Shown here in pieces: positions 41,666 through 51,868 of a DNA stretch of 64,000 nt. The DNA is taken from contig OZ241919.1 of the NCBI GenBank assembly GCA_965203835.1, positions 596,188 through 660,187 of the forward strand, in the 5' to 3' direction. The translations under genes were made by a program, and so were the position numbers. Position 1 is the first letter of the stretch; every line of letters starts with the position of its first letter. The notes under the pieces were generated by a model. It saw only the letters and a program-made list of their open reading frames with translations, made no database searches and was not told the DNA's origin. Source of the DNA: Dehalococcoidia bacterium (GTDB lineage: Bacteria; Chloroflexota; Dehalococcoidia; Lucifugimonadales; UBA3495).

Positions 41666-44374
41666 TCATCCGCTTTCTCTGGCGGCGGGTCGGTTGGCGA
41701 CCAAGAGCAGCAGGGACGGCAGGACGAGAAGGGCTGCGACAGCCGCGAGCAGTATCATTGCCGCCGTGATGACCCCATAGGCGGAAAACAAGGGCATTGG
41801 GGCAAAACCCATTACGGCGAACCCGATAACGCTGGAAGCGGCGGACCCGACGAGGGCCACACCCGTTCCTGCAGCGGTCGCCCGCAGGGCCTCTTCAGTG
41901 GACGGCTGCCGGGCCAATTCCTGGCGGAACCGCTGGGTTACGTGGATGGAGTAGTCGATGCCCACCCCGATAGACACCGCAGCTACAGTAGCGGTGACGA
42001 AATTGAGATGGAACCCGGCCAGGTACATGAAGGCATAAAGCCAGGATACAACCAACGCAATGGGGACCACCGTCACGATTGCATAGCGCACCGAGTGCGC
42101 CCAGAGGGCCAGCAGGACGAAACAACCCGCTATGGCCACGGGCAACGAAATGTTCAAGGCCCGGGTTGCCGCGGTCAATGACGCCTCCCTGGTGAGTGGA
42201 GAGCCGGTCAGTCCGGCGAACTCAATGGAGTCAGTGTCCCTCAGGGGGGCCAGCGCCTGCTCCAAGGCCCGTCGGGCAGAGGCAATATTGGCCTGCTCAC
42301 GCGCCCCCAACACGCCGACCGTTATGACTATCTCCTGGGCTGCGGCGCTGCCAGGCTCGTGATAAAGGACCTCCCGCACCTGCGCCGGCTCCAAGGCCAG
42401 AGTTTCGCTGTCGTCCGGTATCCCGAACTGCACCATGTAGTCGTATGCCGCCCGCATCTGCTCTGCATCGTCAGGGACCTGATCGCCATCCGCGTCGGTA
42501 AGCGCAATGCCGGTTTGGTCATAGACTTCAGAAATGGCGTATTGACTGCGCATAAGCAACGCCAGCAATTCAAACAAGGTGATTGAGTAGAATGACACTT
42601 CTCCATCCTGGCGCCTGCCCACTTGCTCTATACCGTTGAGTCTTTCTACCAACTCTCCAATCGCGGACAAGGACTCGGTGGTGGTCAAGTCCCCCCGGAT
42701 GTAGATAATGGCCGGTTCCCCGGCTACAGACGGAGACCTGTGCTGGTACAGTTTATCTATTCCTTTGACGAAGTCGGACTCAGAGTCGAAAAAGTCCTTC
42801 ACATCCAGCTTCGGCTCCAACTGAAACGCCAGGAACGTCGACCCTGCGGTGACCACCGCAACCAAAGGTAGGGTCACCAAGCGCATCCGGGCGGTAGTCA
42901 ATACCACTGAGGCCACGAGGCCGCGGATTCCCGCGCAGGCGGGAATGACAGGTTGTGGCTTAGGGTCATCCCGTTGGGGATTGGGGTCCTCTGGGTGTGG
43001 GCTGGGGATGCCGGGTTGGGGGTTGGGAATGGTTGGTTGCGAGCCGAGGGCAACAGTCGCAGGCGGGCCGCTGGGGACGATGTCAGTGCCTGCGGCGGCG
43101 TGAGCACCGCGCTGGTCCAGTCTCATAACGAGCAACGGCAGGAATACACCCATGATCACGTAGCTGGAACCCACTGCGATACCCGCCGCGACTCCAAACC
43201 CGATAATTACCTCGATGCCGGAAGTAACGTTGGCCAGGAAAGCGATTCCGTCGGAAAGCATGGCCAGCGTCAAGGCTCCCAAAACTCCTCCAAGGCCAGC
43301 TCGGAGCGCCAACCGCGGGACGGTAAACCGGTGGCGTTCTTCCCGGTAGCGGGCGACCGCGTGAATGAGGAAGTCAACCCCCAAGGAAATCATCGCAATC
43401 GGCACGACCAAGTCCAGGATGATGGATGACTTGAGCCCTGCAAGGTTGGACAGTCCTTTGAGCCATACCAAGAGCATAACGAGGCCGAAAAAGGCCAGTC
43501 CGACAATGCTAACTGATCTCAAGGTGATCCCGACTACTATCAGTACCAGTACGACCGTCGCCGCGATGAACGGTATAGCAGTTTTGCCCTGCTCCTCCGA
43601 CACAAGGTTGATGTCAATGGCAACGCCCCAAAGCCGGTAATTGGCTTCCTCCCCGCGCAATATGGCGTACATCCGGCGGTTGAACCGCTCCTTGCGCAGC
43701 GCGTCCTTTTCGCCTGTCACGTTGAAGGTCAACGGTCCGCCGCCGAGCATGGAGTTGTCTGACGCCACAAAGATAGAGAGCGCAGCAGATTTCCAGGACT
43801 GCACCCCCACTCCATCAACGGTCATGGTCTCAAATACGGCATCCTTGGAAAGGGACTCCCGCAACGTCAATCCCAAAGGGCTGTCGATTACACGGGCCAC
43901 GGCGGCTTTGACTTGCAGATCCGTGGCATTTTCCAGGCTTGCTTCCGGCCCCAAGTCCAGTGCCAGGAAGTCCTGTACTGCATCCGCCATGGTGTAAATG
44001 CCCAGTATCGGCGTCCGGTTTTGAGCATCGTAACCCGAGTACAGAAACCCGCCCAAGTCCGACTCGCGCAGTCTCTGCTCATTCCGGTATAACTCCCACA
44101 GCGGCGCTTGCCGAAGAACGTCTCCTTCATGGTCCTCGACAATGAAGCCGGTTATGTGAAGTTGAGGAGGAAACTTGTCGTGTACGAGGTCCGCCAAGTC
44201 GAACACCGGCCCGCCCGGGTCCTGGGACGCCGGCTCCGTAGGCGCCATGAAGAATATCGGGAATATGAGCAGGACGGTCAGGCTAATGACGCCGAGGATG
44301 AACCAACCGGAATACCTGACCAAGTATTCGGCGATGCGGTCGGCCAGCGTGTTACCCAGCGGAATGTTCATCAT
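41666..44374 (-). CDS. MMPL/RND-superfamily membrane transporter
   Basis: 902 aa. Two 6-TM bundles, each preceded by a large soluble domain. The central linker is Pro-rich and contains a REP copy. Confidence 0.85.
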   Translation of the reverse strand: MMNIPLGNTLADRIAEYLVRYSGWFILGVISLTVLLIFPIFFMAPTEPASQDPGGPVFDLADLVHDKFPPQLHITGFIVEDHEGDVLRQAPLWELYRNEQRLRESDLGGFLYSGYDAQNRTPILGIYTMADAVQDFLALDLGPEASLENATDLQVKAAVARVIDSPLGLTLRESLSKDAVFETMTVDGVGVQSWKSAALSIFVASDNSMLGGGPLTFNVTGEKDALRKERFNRRMYAILRGEEANYRLWGVAIDINLVSEEQGKTAIPFIAATVVLVLIVVGITLRSVSIVGLAFFGLVMLLVWLKGLSNLAGLKSSIILDLVVPIAMISLGVDFLIHAVARYREERHRFTVPRLALRAGLGGVLGALTLAMLSDGIAFLANVTSGIEVIIGFGVAAGIAVGSSYVIMGVFLPLLVMRLDQRGAHAAAGTDIVPSGPPATVALGSQPTIPNPQPGIPSPHPEDPNPQRDDPKPQPVIPACAGIRGLVASVVLTTARMRLVTLPLVAVVTAGSTFLAFQLEPKLDVKDFFDSESDFVKGIDKLYQHRSPSVAGEPAIIYIRGDLTTTESLSAIGELVERLNGIEQVGRRQDGEVSFYSITLFELLALLMRSQYAISEVYDQTGIALTDADGDQVPDDAEQMRAAYDYMVQFGIPDDSETLALEPAQVREVLYHEPGSAAAQEIVITVGVLGAREQANIASARRALEQALAPLRDTDSIEFAGLTGSPLTREASLTAATRALNISLPVAIAGCFVLLALWAHSVRYAIVTVVPIALVVSWLYAFMYLAGFHLNFVTATVAAVSIGVGIDYSIHVTQRFRQELARQPSTEEALRATAAGTGVALVGSAASSVIGFAVMGFAPMPLFSAYGVITAAMILLAAVAALLVLPSLLLLVANRPAARESG
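42925..42949. repeat. REP-like palindromic element inside the MMPL coding sequence
   Basis: GGATTCCCGCGCAGGCGGGAATGAC, translated in frame as VIPACAGIRG. Confidence 0.85.
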
Positions 44375-44586
44375 CTAAAGACATGGTATCCGAAACCCCG
44401 GTAAATTATAGTCTGTGGGCACCTGAGCATGAATGTTGTTGCGGGTGCGCGGCCTGGGGCAAGAGGCTATAATCGGCGTGGCCTTTCTTGTGCATGGCGA
44501 CAGTCATGGCCGGTTGTGCCGAAGCAAGTGCGCATGATCGATTTGCGGCGTGTCATGTACTTACAGGTACGCATCAGGAGGAAGTC

Positions 44587-45363
44587 ATGGACTTAGGGAT
44601 AGACGGCAAGGTTGCGATGATAACCGGCGGGAGCCGGGGCTTGGGGAGACAAGCGGCGTACTCCTTGGCTCGAGAGGGCTGCAAGGTCTCAATATGCGCC
44701 AGGAGCCAGGACCAACTGGACGCAACGGTCGGCGAAATGGCGGCTGCCGGCTACCAGGTCCACGGCACCCAAGGGGACGTAACCGTAGAGGCCGACGCCG
44801 TGCGGTTTCACCAGGATACTGTTGACCACTTGGGGCAGCCCGACATCCTGGTGAACAACGTGGGGGGCCGCCGTGGTTCGGTCATTTTCGAGGAGACCAG
44901 CCTGGAGCAGTTCCGCGAAGGGCTGGAGGTAAACCTTGTCAGCGCCTACAGGATGATTGCCTTGGTGCTTCCTCACATGAGAGAGCAGGGGTGGGGCCGC
45001 ATTATCAATATTTCTTCCATCTACGGGCGCGAACACGGCGGTTCCATCGACTACATGGCGGCGAAAGCGGGGTTGATAGCCTTGTCCAAGCACCTGGCGT
45101 TGCAACTGGCGCCCATCAACGTGCGGGTCAACTCAATCGCGCCGGGGTCGATAGACTTCCCGGGTAGCACCTGGGACAGGTTCCAGCAGAACAACCCGCC
45201 CGAGGTGGTCAATGAGTTTATCTCCCGGAACCTCCCTGCCGGGCGCTTCGGCTGGCCCGAACCCATAGGCGAAATGGTGGCCTTCCTGTCGTCCGACCGG
45301 GCCGACCTGGTGACGGGCACCTGCATCAACATAGACGGCGGCCAGTCCAAGTCATTGTTTTAG
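44587..45363 (+). CDS. SDR family oxidoreductase
   Basis: AGGAGGAAG SD before the ATG at 44587. TGGSRGLG, NNVG and S...YxxxK (DYMAAKAG) motifs. Confidence 0.88.
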   Translation: MDLGIDGKVAMITGGSRGLGRQAAYSLAREGCKVSICARSQDQLDATVGEMAAAGYQVHGTQGDVTVEADAVRFHQDTVDHLGQPDILVNNVGGRRGSVIFEETSLEQFREGLEVNLVSAYRMIALVLPHMREQGWGRIINISSIYGREHGGSIDYMAAKAGLIALSKHLALQLAPINVRVNSIAPGSIDFPGSTWDRFQQNNPPEVVNEFISRNLPAGRFGWPEPIGEMVAFLSSDRADLVTGTCINIDGGQSKSLF

Positions 45364-45430
45364 GGAACGCTACCAAGGTTCCCGCCAGTTCCTTGCTCGC
45401 AGACTGTCTCCGGGTCACCGACCGTAGCTT

Positions 45431-45460
45431 ATAGATTCCCGCCTTCGCGGGAATGACGGG
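45431..45460. repeat. REP-like palindromic element
   Basis: ATAGATTCCCGCCTTCGCGGGAATGACGGG. Confidence 0.85.
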
Positions 45461-45512
45461 TTAGGCGCTGTTCCATGTTTATTGGGTGCTGCGTCAATTT
45501 TTAAGATAGTTT

Positions 45513-45869
45513 CTAACTTTGATCGGCAAGCGGGATGGAGATGGATACCCTGGTCTTGTCGCCGTAAACGGCGGTGGTGTGCCCTCTTCCGGTCCGGTCG
45601 TCGGCCAGCAACACGTCGCCGGGGTTGAAGATGCGCTTGGTGCCGTCGCCAAGGCCGATTTCCATCTGGCCTTCCAGCGTAATCACGTACTGGCGGCGTG
45701 GAGCATTGTGCCAGTCGCTGAAACTGCCGGGAGGGGTGCGACGGAACTGGATGCCGGTGGTCTCCTGCATCGCAGTGCGTTCGGCCTCTTCGATTTTCTC
45801 GTAAGGCAGTTCCAACTCTTCGAAGTGCGCCTCCCCGTCAGACCCGGTGTATATTCGGACTACCTGCAT
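45513..45869 (-). CDS. Cupin domain protein
   Basis: 118 aa with a small beta-barrel pattern (HNAPRRQYVITLEG...GDVLLADD). Confidence 0.6.
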   Translation of the reverse strand: MQVVRIYTGSDGEAHFEELELPYEKIEEAERTAMQETTGIQFRRTPPGSFSDWHNAPRRQYVITLEGQMEIGLGDGTKRIFNPGDVLLADDRTGRGHTTAVYGDKTRVSISIPLADQS

Positions 45870-45890
45870 TATGCTTCCTCCTGTTCCGGC

Positions 45891-46601
45891 TTACTTCAGA
45901 GTATTTTCTACATCTCCACCGTTTTGTCCAGTGACGCAGACCTGCCGCAGGCAGCATCCGGCGCAGCGGGGGACTTTGGCGCAGGCATCCTTGGCGTGCC
46001 GGTCAAGCAGGGCGTGGTACTCGTTGAACAGATTGGCGTCTGCGGGCAGGTGGTCTTGAAACAAGGCTTGGTAGACGGAGTAGGAATTGCCCAAACCCTC
46101 CGGCGCTACGCCCAGCCGTTGCACGATCCGGCGAGTGTAGGCGTCGATGACAAAGGATGGTTTGCCCGCAGCGTAAACTATAATGTCGTCCGCCGTCTCC
46201 GGGCCGATACCGTAAATTGAAAGGAGTTCAACCCTCAACTCTTCAACCGGCTGAGCCAAAAGCCTTTCGAGACTGCCTTGGTAATTGGCTTCCACATGCC
46301 GGGCAAAGGCCTTGAGCTTGCGCGCCTTGGCGTTGAAATAGCCGGAGGGGCGGATGATGGCGGCCAGTTCCTGCTCCGGCAGGTGGTCAATCTCCTGCAA
46401 CGACCAGCAACCGGCGTTCTTCATGTTGGCGATTGCCATCTCCACGTTGGTCCAAGCCGCCGCTTGGGTCAGGATAGCTCCAATTACCACATCCAGCGGG
46501 CCGTCGCCGGGCCACCATCCCTGGGGTCCGTAACGTTGGTACAGAAGATTGTAGACCTCCTTTAGCAACCGGGAGAGGTCATTCCGGTCAAGGGGTTTCA
46601 C
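45891..46601 (-). CDS. Endonuclease III-like HhH-GPD base-excision repair protein
   Basis: HhH block LLSIYGIGPETADDII. C-terminal Fe-S cysteine cluster CAKVPRCAGCCLRQVC. The GTG at 46601 overlaps the sfsA stop (GTGA). Confidence 0.8.
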   Translation of the reverse strand: MKPLDRNDLSRLLKEVYNLLYQRYGPQGWWPGDGPLDVVIGAILTQAAAWTNVEMAIANMKNAGCWSLQEIDHLPEQELAAIIRPSGYFNAKARKLKAFARHVEANYQGSLERLLAQPVEELRVELLSIYGIGPETADDIIVYAAGKPSFVIDAYTRRIVQRLGVAPEGLGNSYSVYQALFQDHLPADANLFNEYHALLDRHAKDACAKVPRCAGCCLRQVCVTGQNGGDVENTLK

Positions 46602-47287
46602 AAGCGCACCGGCAGGGGAGAGTCCAATTCGACAGACTGCTCCGAAACGCGGCAATTGTAGGCGAAGACCTCAACTCCACAGGACAGGGAATGGCGCAAG
46701 GCCGCGCCAAAGTTGGGGTCTGCCGTGTCATGCGGGGCAAATGCCACGGCATCGGGCCGTTGAACCACAAATACCACGGCGGCGCGGTGACCCTCCGCAA
46801 CCGCTTGGTCCAAGCTTCTCATGTGCTTGGCGCCCCGCTCCGTAGGGGCGTCGGGGAACAGGCCTACGCCATCAACCACCAAGGTAACCGACTTGGTTTC
46901 AATGTAACACCGACCGTTCGGACCTTCCAACATCAAGTCCAATCGGCTCTCGCCGAACTGCACTTCGCGGTTGACCTTCGAGTATTCGGCGAACTGGCTC
47001 AGGCATCCCCTTTCGAGAGCTTCGGCCACAAGGGCGTTGGGCAGCCTGGCATCCGCCGACGAAAGAGCAAATCCCAAGTCGACCAACGCCAAATCGAACC
47101 TGGTCTTTCTATGCTCCCCGGCACGGGGTTTCAAGAGAACCCGGAAGCCGGGGACGAACAGTTCCCGCATACGCCCGGAGTTGGCCACGTGGACCAATTC
47201 TTCCCGTCCGTCAACGTCCACCAAGGCGGCGAAGCGGTTGAGGCGGGCAATGAAACGGCCTTCCACAAGATCGTTGCCCAACTGCAT
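46598..47287 (-). CDS. sfsA: Sugar fermentation stimulation protein SfsA
   Basis: N-terminal GRFIARLNRFAALVDVDG...VHVANSGRM and overall length are typical of SfsA. Confidence 0.85.
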   Translation of the reverse strand: MQLGNDLVEGRFIARLNRFAALVDVDGREELVHVANSGRMRELFVPGFRVLLKPRAGEHRKTRFDLALVDLGFALSSADARLPNALVAEALERGCLSQFAEYSKVNREVQFGESRLDLMLEGPNGRCYIETKSVTLVVDGVGLFPDAPTERGAKHMRSLDQAVAEGHRAAVVFVVQRPDAVAFAPHDTADPNFGAALRHSLSCGVEVFAYNCRVSEQSVELDSPLPVRL

Positions 47288-47422
47288 CTACAAACTCGGC
47301 GCCCGCCTTGTTGCCGGAGGACTAGCAGACGGATGGCGGAGCGATTAACATGGTAGCAAGCCCTGCCAAGTGCATCAACAAGGATACCCCTTGACCCGGG
47401 TCTGGGCTCGACTACTCAAATA

Positions 47423-48301
47423 ATGGCGGGAACCGTGATCAACGCCAACAATATTTCGGACTTTGTGAGTCGTCTCGACCACTCTTGTTCCTCCAACCGT
47501 TCGTTGGTTTGCGTTGGCTTGGACGTCGACCCGGAACGGATGCCAGTGAAGGACCCGCTGGAGTTCAACCGGGCAATCGTAGATGCAACCGCCGACCTGG
47601 TCTGTGCCTACAAGCCGAACATGGCCTTCTACGAGGCCTTGGGCATGGACGGGCTGCGGGCGCTCGAGGGAACTATAGACCACATCCGCCAGTCCGCGCC
47701 CAACGCAATTATATTAGGCGATTCCAAGAGAGGGGACATCGGATCGACCGCTCCGGCCTATGCGAAAGCGATGTTCCAAGTATGGGGTTTTGACGCCGTT
47801 ACGGTAAACGCTTGGGGAGGCCACGACGGCTTGGAGCCGTTCCTCAAAGACCCGACACGGGGAGTGTTCATCTGGTGCCGGGGGTCCAACCCCGGTTCCG
47901 CCGACCTCCAGGACCTGACCGTGAGCACACCCGATGGGCCGATGCCCCTGTACCAGCGCTTGGCGCGTTCCGCGGCCGGTTGGAACCGCAATGGCAACAT
48001 TGGGCTGGTAATGGGGGCTACCAACCCGGACCAACTTGCGGACGTGCGACGCCTGTGCCCCGATATGCCTTTGCTTGTACCCGGCGTGGGCGCCCAGGGA
48101 GGCGATCTGGAGGACGCAGTGCAGGCGGGGACCGACGGGAACGGAAGACGGGCCCTGATCAACTCCTCGCGGGGAATCATATATGCCCGTCCGGAGTCGG
48201 GCGAGAGCGGGGACTTCGCAGCGGCAGCCCGGCAAGCAGCGGACAGGCTGCGGGGGCAAATCAACCGAATTTTGACGGATGCGGGTAAGGGATGGCTTTA
48301 G
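47423..48301 (+). CDS. pyrF: Orotidine 5'-phosphate decarboxylase (type 2)
   Basis: Blocks [19 protein letters not shown] and [11 protein letters not shown]. Confidence 0.9.
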   Translation: MAGTVINANNISDFVSRLDHSCSSNRSLVCVGLDVDPERMPVKDPLEFNRAIVDATADLVCAYKPNMAFYEALGMDGLRALEGTIDHIRQSAPNAIILGDSKRGDIGSTAPAYAKAMFQVWGFDAVTVNAWGGHDGLEPFLKDPTRGVFIWCRGSNPGSADLQDLTVSTPDGPMPLYQRLARSAAGWNRNGNIGLVMGATNPDQLADVRRLCPDMPLLVPGVGAQGGDLEDAVQAGTDGNGRRALINSSRGIIYARPESGESGDFAAAARQAADRLRGQINRILTDAGKGWL

Positions 48302-48492
48302 AGCTGAAGGTAGGGGACGTGGTCAGGATGAAGAAGCCACACCCATGCGGCAACCACCTGTGGCTGGTGACACGCTTGGGAGCGGACATCGGGCTGACCT
48401 GCCAGAAGTGCCAACGCCACGTAATGCTTGCCCGCTCTCACTTGGAACGGAGAGTCAAAGAGGTCATTCCCAGGACCTCCAAGGTCCTTTAG
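48292..48492 (+). CDS. DUF951 family protein
   Basis: 66 aa. [14 protein letters not shown]...CQKCQR pattern. Overlaps the pyrF end by 10 nt. Confidence 0.75.
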   Translation: MALELKVGDVVRMKKPHPCGNHLWLVTRLGADIGLTCQKCQRHVMLARSHLERRVKEVIPRTSKVL

Positions 48493-48547
48493 ATGCTACC
48501 TCAACTCCACTGCCTCGGCTGACAACTCGTCTTCGTTGATTGGGGCT

Positions 48548-48578
48548 TATGGATTCCCGCCTTCGCGGGAATGACGGG
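48548..48578. repeat. REP-like palindromic element
   Basis: TATGGATTCCCGCCTTCGCGGGAATGACGGG. Confidence 0.85.
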
Positions 48579-48636
48579 CGGGACAGTGGGCCAGGATTCA
48601 AGATAGTCGCCTATGGGTTCAAGAGACCGGGCTGTC

Positions 48637-49560
48637 TTATTCCGCAGGAGACTTGCCCCAGTCCAGCAACTCGGCATGGAACCCTCGCATCTGGTCGGAT
48701 ACGGTATCGATAAAGTTACGCACCGCCCTGCCGATGAATTTGCCCTTCAGCGTGCACACGCCTATTACAGAGCTATCAAAAAGGTGGTCCAAGAGAACCA
48801 CGCCAAGCTTGTCATGGTCTTCCGCATGGAGGGTGAAATCGCTGGTGATGGCCAGTCCCATACCAATTTCGACGTAACGCTTTATGGACTCGGTGTCATC
48901 CATCGCCAGGACAACATCATATGCGAGGCCTTTACTTCGCAACGACTGTTCGACCCGTTGCCTGGTGAGACTCCCAGGACCTGCCAGGATCATGGGCCAT
49001 TCCACAATGTCTTCCAACGCGATTGGCTGCTTCTCGAGAAGCGGGTGGCCTGGGGGAGTCAACAGCACCACGTTGTACTCGAAGAGTTCCTGGAACTCCA
49101 AAGAAAGCTCCTCTGCCGGTGGCGGCGAGCAAAAGGCCAAGTCCAACTCGCCGGACTTCACCAACTGAATGAGCGGAGAATAAGCCCTTGCCAGTAGCCT
49201 GATCCGCACATCGGGATATTCGGTGCGGAACTGCTGGATCCCTTTGGGCAGGTGGTGCATCACCAGGTCCTGGTAGGCTCCTACCACGAAAGACCCCAAA
49301 CGTTCCGAGTAGTCCATCTGCGTCTTCAGGTTGTCCACTGCGTTGACAACGGGCGTGACCAGTTCAAGCAGAGTGATTCCTTCAGAGGTCAAATGGATTG
49401 GCCTCTTTATCCGGTCGAAAAGCGTGATGCCGAACTCGCTCTCCAATTTTCTCAGGTGGGTAGTGACGGTGGGTTGACCCAATTCCAGCGTCCGCGCAGC
49501 TTTGGACACGCTGCGAAGACGGGCTACGTGGTAAAAGCTAACAAGCTCTCTCAACTCCAT
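48637..49560 (-). CDS. LysR family transcriptional regulator
   Basis: N-terminal HTH FYHVARLRSVSKAARTLELGQPTVTTHLRKLE plus a substrate-binding domain. Confidence 0.9.
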   Translation of the reverse strand: MELRELVSFYHVARLRSVSKAARTLELGQPTVTTHLRKLESEFGITLFDRIKRPIHLTSEGITLLELVTPVVNAVDNLKTQMDYSERLGSFVVGAYQDLVMHHLPKGIQQFRTEYPDVRIRLLARAYSPLIQLVKSGELDLAFCSPPPAEELSLEFQELFEYNVVLLTPPGHPLLEKQPIALEDIVEWPMILAGPGSLTRQRVEQSLRSKGLAYDVVLAMDDTESIKRYVEIGMGLAITSDFTLHAEDHDKLGVVLLDHLFDSSVIGVCTLKGKFIGRAVRNFIDTVSDQMRGFHAELLDWGKSPAE

Positions 49561-49619
49561 ACATCATGCTCCCCCAAGCTGACTTACGGCGTTTAATAGA
49601 ATATATCATATTGTATTGC

Positions 49620-49649
49620 TTGACAAAATACAGTGGGCAATTTAAGAAT
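49620..49649 (+). promoter_or_regulatory. Sigma70-like promoter candidate for the ferredoxin gene, in the LysR-divergent region
   Basis: TTGACA at 49620-49625, 18-nt spacer, AAGAAT at 49644-49649. An AT-rich dyad-like AATAGAATATATCATATT lies just upstream. Confidence 0.4.
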
Positions 49650-49736
49650 AGGTTGGGTATTGTCGGCGGGCTTTCCGAATCCCTGCCGGTCAGCTGGCGT
49701 AACCTAAGCCATTATCCTGTTAGTGGTGCTGGTATT

Positions 49737-49976
49737 ATGCCTTACGTTATCACCGAGCCATGTGTTGGCGTTAAAGATGCATCCTGCTTGGACGTGTGTC
49801 CAGTGGACTGTATTGCCACGACCGATGAAGCCGATATGTACCACATAGACCCTGAAATCTGCATTGACTGCTCGTATTGCGAGTCGGTGTGCCCGGTGAA
49901 TGCCATATTCGACGAGTTCGCAGTTCCGGCCAAGTGGCGGGACTACATCCGCAAGAACCGGGACTTCTTCAAATAA
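49737..49976 (+). CDS. Ferredoxin (7Fe-type, 3Fe-4S + 4Fe-4S pattern)
   Basis: CVGVKDASCLDVCP and CIDCSYCESVCP cysteine motifs. Confidence 0.88.
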   Translation: MPYVITEPCVGVKDASCLDVCPVDCIATTDEADMYHIDPEICIDCSYCESVCPVNAIFDEFAVPAKWRDYIRKNRDFFK

Positions 49977-50030
49977 GGCGGGGCGTTTTCTCCACGCCGC
50001 CTGACGCTCCATACCTCCAGGAAGCGAATA

Positions 50031-50630
50031 TTGTTCTCCAAGCCTCAGGCTGCCGTTTTAGTAGACAGCGTAATCCCGGTTAACGACCGAGTTCTCAGGG
50101 CAGCCAGAGACGTTGCCCTGATCGTTGCCGCCAGCCTCTTCGTGGCCCTGATGGCCCAGTTGGTGATTCGCCTGCCGTTCACCCCGGTGCCAATCACGGG
50201 GCAAACGCTGGCGGTGTTGCTTGTCGGCGCGGCCTTGGGAAGCTGGCGTGGCGGGGCCGCCCTGTTTCTTTACCTGATCGAAGGCAGCTTCCTGCCGTTC
50301 TACGCCGGGGGCGCGTCGGGCTTGGTGTGGACCCTGGCATCCGGCGGATACATCATCGGCTTCATACCGGCCGCGTTCGTCGTTGGGTTCCTGAGTGAAC
50401 GCGGTTGGGACCGCAGCGTATGGGTTATCCTTGCCATGCTGGCCGGAAACGTCATCCTGTACGTTCCGGGGCTTATCCAGTTGTCCTACTTCGTGCCCGA
50501 GGGCAAAGTACTGGAGTTCGGCCTTTATCCCTTCATCCTCGGCGACTTGGTAAAGCTGTACATCGCTTCGCTGGCCCTCCCAACCGCTTGGGCGGTCGTC
50601 AACCGTTTTCAACCGCCATCGAATCGTTAG
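50031..50630 (+). CDS. bioY: Biotin transporter BioY
   Basis: TTG start. PVPITGQTLAVLLVG and GGYIIGFIPAAFVVG blocks are typical of BioY. Confidence 0.85.
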   Translation: MFSKPQAAVLVDSVIPVNDRVLRAARDVALIVAASLFVALMAQLVIRLPFTPVPITGQTLAVLLVGAALGSWRGGAALFLYLIEGSFLPFYAGGASGLVWTLASGGYIIGFIPAAFVVGFLSERGWDRSVWVILAMLAGNVILYVPGLIQLSYFVPEGKVLEFGLYPFILGDLVKLYIASLALPTAWAVVNRFQPPSNR

Positions 50631-50775
50631 CTCCTTTTACGCTCCCGGCGTTGCGGCTAACCCGATTCTTCGACACGGTTATCGCTATTTGTCAATCACG
50701 GGCAGCAACGATAAACTAATGCCTGCTTCACAGACAGTAATCGCGGCGACTCTCGACCATCATTAGGAGGAAACC

Positions 50776-51729
50776 ATGGCGCTGTTCTTGCGGGATGAAG
50801 ACGTATCACGGGCTGTCCAGATGGACGATATGCTGGGAGCCATTGAATCGATGCAAAGCCATTTCGGGCAGGGGGAGGCGATGAACCTGGCCCGACGCAA
50901 GATAATCGCCAGCGGCGGTATGCTGTCCGTGATGGGCGGCGGCATGTTTCACGAGGGTGTACTGGGCGTCAAGACCTATACGGTCGTCCGGGGCACCTAC
51001 TCCTTCCAGGTGAGCCTTTACGACGCTGACACGGGTCAGTTGCTCTGTTATACCCAAGCCAACCGGTTGGGCCAGTTGCGCACCGGGGCCACTACCGGCA
51101 TAGCGGTGAAGCATCTCTCCAACGCCGATTCCGGCACCCTGGGAATAATCGGCACCGGGTACCAAGCCCCTACCCAATTGGAAGCGGTAACGAAGGTAAG
51201 AGACATCAAGCGGATAAAGGCCTACAGCCGGACGCAAGACCGGCGAGAGGCCTTCGCCCGGTCAATGGGCGACACGCTGGGAGTGGAAGTGGAAGCGGTG
51301 TCCAACAACGCCGAAGCAGTACGGGACTGCGACGTCGTTGTATGCATAGCGGCCACAACCGATCCGGTGGTGGAAGGGGACTGGCTGGACACAGGGTCGA
51401 CGGTAATCGGCGCGGGCCCTACGACGTGGCGCGTGAGGGAGGTGGACGACGCCGTCATCTCCCGGGCCGACAAGATATTCGTGGACTCGGCCGAGCAAGC
51501 CCGAGACGAGGCGGGGGATATGGCAAGCGCCGTGGACCGGGGCCTGTTGCAGTGGAGCAACCTGGTCGAGCTGCGCTACGCGGTGGCCGGGTTGGTTTCC
51601 GGCAGGGACAACCCCGGTCAGATTGTTTACGCCAAGCTGATGGGCACAGGGGTCGCCGATGTGGCCGCGGCCAAGTTGGCCTACGAAAAGGCCAAGACAA
51701 TGGGCTTGGGCATGGAGATGGACTGGTAG
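50776..51729 (+). CDS. Ornithine cyclodeaminase / mu-crystallin family protein
   Basis: Rossmann block LGIIGTGYQAPTQLEAV and overall family pattern. Confidence 0.8.
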   Translation: MALFLRDEDVSRAVQMDDMLGAIESMQSHFGQGEAMNLARRKIIASGGMLSVMGGGMFHEGVLGVKTYTVVRGTYSFQVSLYDADTGQLLCYTQANRLGQLRTGATTGIAVKHLSNADSGTLGIIGTGYQAPTQLEAVTKVRDIKRIKAYSRTQDRREAFARSMGDTLGVEVEAVSNNAEAVRDCDVVVCIAATTDPVVEGDWLDTGSTVIGAGPTTWRVREVDDAVISRADKIFVDSAEQARDEAGDMASAVDRGLLQWSNLVELRYAVAGLVSGRDNPGQIVYAKLMGTGVADVAAAKLAYEKAKTMGLGMEMDW

Positions 51730-51770
51730 GGGCGGGTTTCACACCGATCCACGCCAGTGACCGGAAAGAA

Positions 51771-51838
51771 TATGGATTCCCGCCTGCGCGGGAATGACGG
51801 TTGGGTGCGGGAGTTACGGGTTAGACGGGAATGACGGA
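51771..51838. repeat. REP-like palindromic element plus a partial second copy
   Basis: TATGGATTCCCGCCTGCGCGGGAATGACGG, followed by GACGGGAATGACGGAG. Confidence 0.85.
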
Positions 51839-51868
51839 GTGGGCGCTGCGCCGGTTTTGAGATAGTTT

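Noticed and set aside
49977-50015. Possible terminator hairpin GGCGGGGCG-TTTTCTCCA-CGCCGCC after the ferredoxin gene.
   Set aside because: The stem needs a 2-nt bulge and no U-tract follows. It is too weak to call.
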